Assembly (NCBI RefSeq): GCF_000143415.4 | Contig: NW_003314265.1 | Location: 2,497,181-2,561,180 of the forward strand | Direction: 5' to 3' | DNA: 64,000 nt | Origin: Selaginella moellendorffii | Taxonomy: Eukaryota > Plantae > Lycopodiophyta | In this document: positions 62,724 through 64,000 of the stretch, piece after piece | How the letters are laid out: each line of letters begins with the position of its first letter | Position numbering within the stretch: the stretch's first letter is position 1 | Program-made: the position numbers and the translations under genes | The notes under the pieces: generated by a model | The model's input: the letters and a program-made list of their open reading frames with translations, nothing else | Database searches by the model: none | What the model was told of the DNA's origin: nothing

Positions 62724-63913
62724 AGGGGCCAAAGATGGCATGAGGCCTCATGCCATCTTGATATACACACAGCTGCAGGCAAGTAAAAACATACATGACA
62801 ATACGCTAGCCATGAAATTGCAAGGGCCCAAGATGGCATGTGGCCTCATGCCATTTCTAAATGTGGTCCTAAGCCATTCCATGGTGAACATACCAGGAAG
62901 CACAAGTGCCGAATATCAAGAGGAAGCGGTAGCCACACCAAAGACAGTGCCGCTCACAACACCGCAACTACTCGTAGCGCCGCTCGCAACACCGCAACTG
63001 CTCGTAGCGCCGCTCGCACAAACTGCCACTCGCATAAACTGCCGCTCGCAATGGCGCTCGCAATGCCGCAACCGCTCGTAGACACATAAACCATAGCCCA
63101 TAACGCCGCTTACACAAGCAGCGTTCACTGCGCTCAGCGGAACCAAGAACACGGCGCACAAAAATGATAGACCTAGGAATGAGTTCGAGAATTCAAAAAT
63201 AACACACGCTTGAACGTCACATCAAATCCTCTGACAAACCAGATCTTATGATTCCTCTGACAAATTTCAAACTGAGTAGCTTCTAGACTTTGCTGTCGGA
63301 GGTTGAACTTTGTCACATCATGTCCTTGCCTCGATCCAGCTGTGCCATGTCAGTGATTCGAACTTTGCCATGCCATGTCAGCGATCCGCGCCAAGATTAT
63401 TCGCCGTGTAAAGGAATAATTATGCTGTGTGTGTACGTCCATTTATGGCAATATAAGGCCACACGCCATTCAAAGAATAATGCTTGACATAAGGCCACAC
63501 GCCATTCAAAGAATAATGCTAGTCGAGCATTTTTTGGTGCATTTTTGGGTTCAAAATTGCATGAGCCCACACGCTATAAAGTTTACCTGTACCAAAAATA
63601 CAAACAGCTTTATTTACTTGGGAATTTAAGTGGTTGAGGCATTTTTAAACTTACAAACACATGCCCTACTTATATTCCTTTGGTTGCTTAAAATTCAAAA
63701 ATATTATAAACCTTTCTTTTTGCATTTTCAATGTTTTCAATTATGGTTTTTGATTTTCGTAAGACCAGCCTAGTAATCTATTTGCATCCCGTCATGTTTA
63801 TAGCTAGCTTTCGTTTGTCCCCTTCACTAGCCTGAGATACATCTGCTCAGCATTTGCCTCTTACAGCATTTGCCCAGAAAGGGCATCTTTCTTCATGCAA
63901 CATTTGCCACATG

Positions 63914-63946
63914 TTTAGGGTTTAGGGTTTAGGGTTTAGGGTTTAG
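63914..63946 (+). repeat. Telomere repeat (TTTAGGG)4 in copy C
   Basis: Directly visible. Confidence 0.97.
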
Positions 63947-64000
63947 CAATTCAGTAACTTGATAAACACTTATATATACTACTTTCATTTAAAAGATTTT

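Larger units (their letters stand above)
58107..63968 (-). mobile_element. Sola-like transposon copy C (stops at 61338, 60677, 59387; truncated after the telomere tract)
   Basis: Direct repeat of A; homology ends at GATAAACA (63968). Confidence 0.9.

Noticed and set aside
63914-63946. Chromosome end
   Set aside because: Only four units, followed by non-telomeric sequence, and identical to internal tracts in copies A and B.

Overview
Eukaryotic plant genomic DNA. Very short GT-AG introns (about 40-55 nt), TTTAGGG repeats, an S-domain kinase and chromovirus-type Gypsy elements suggest a lycophyte such as Selaginella; this is inference only. The window is a nested transposon graveyard with two host-type genes: a Pollen Ole e 1/extensin-like gene and a disrupted G-type lectin S-receptor kinase, which has a deleted paralogue nearby. 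LTR elements: a Gypsy pol remnant, a TRIM, a non-autonomous 7.2-kb element with about 98% identical LTRs carrying ABRE/G-box arrays, and a truncated LTR of the same family. The most interesting content is two unrelated DNA transposons that carry the same kind of cargo. One is a SWIM-finger Mutator-like element; the other is a Sola-like (DUF7869-type) element present in three young partial copies. The shared cargo is an intron-containing gene fusing a ParB/Srx-like domain to a beta-class amino-DNA-methyltransferase-like domain (four decayed copies, two subfamilies), plus a shared ~85-aa micro-gene. The Sola-like element also carries about 20 copies of a 22-bp palindrome (ATGGCRTGWGGCCWCAYGCCAT), several of them inside introns. 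It also has an internal (TTTAGGG)4 tract, a +1 frameshift at a G6 run shared by all three copies, and a 126-bp fold-back in one copy. Domain calls are by motif recognition only; no searches were run.
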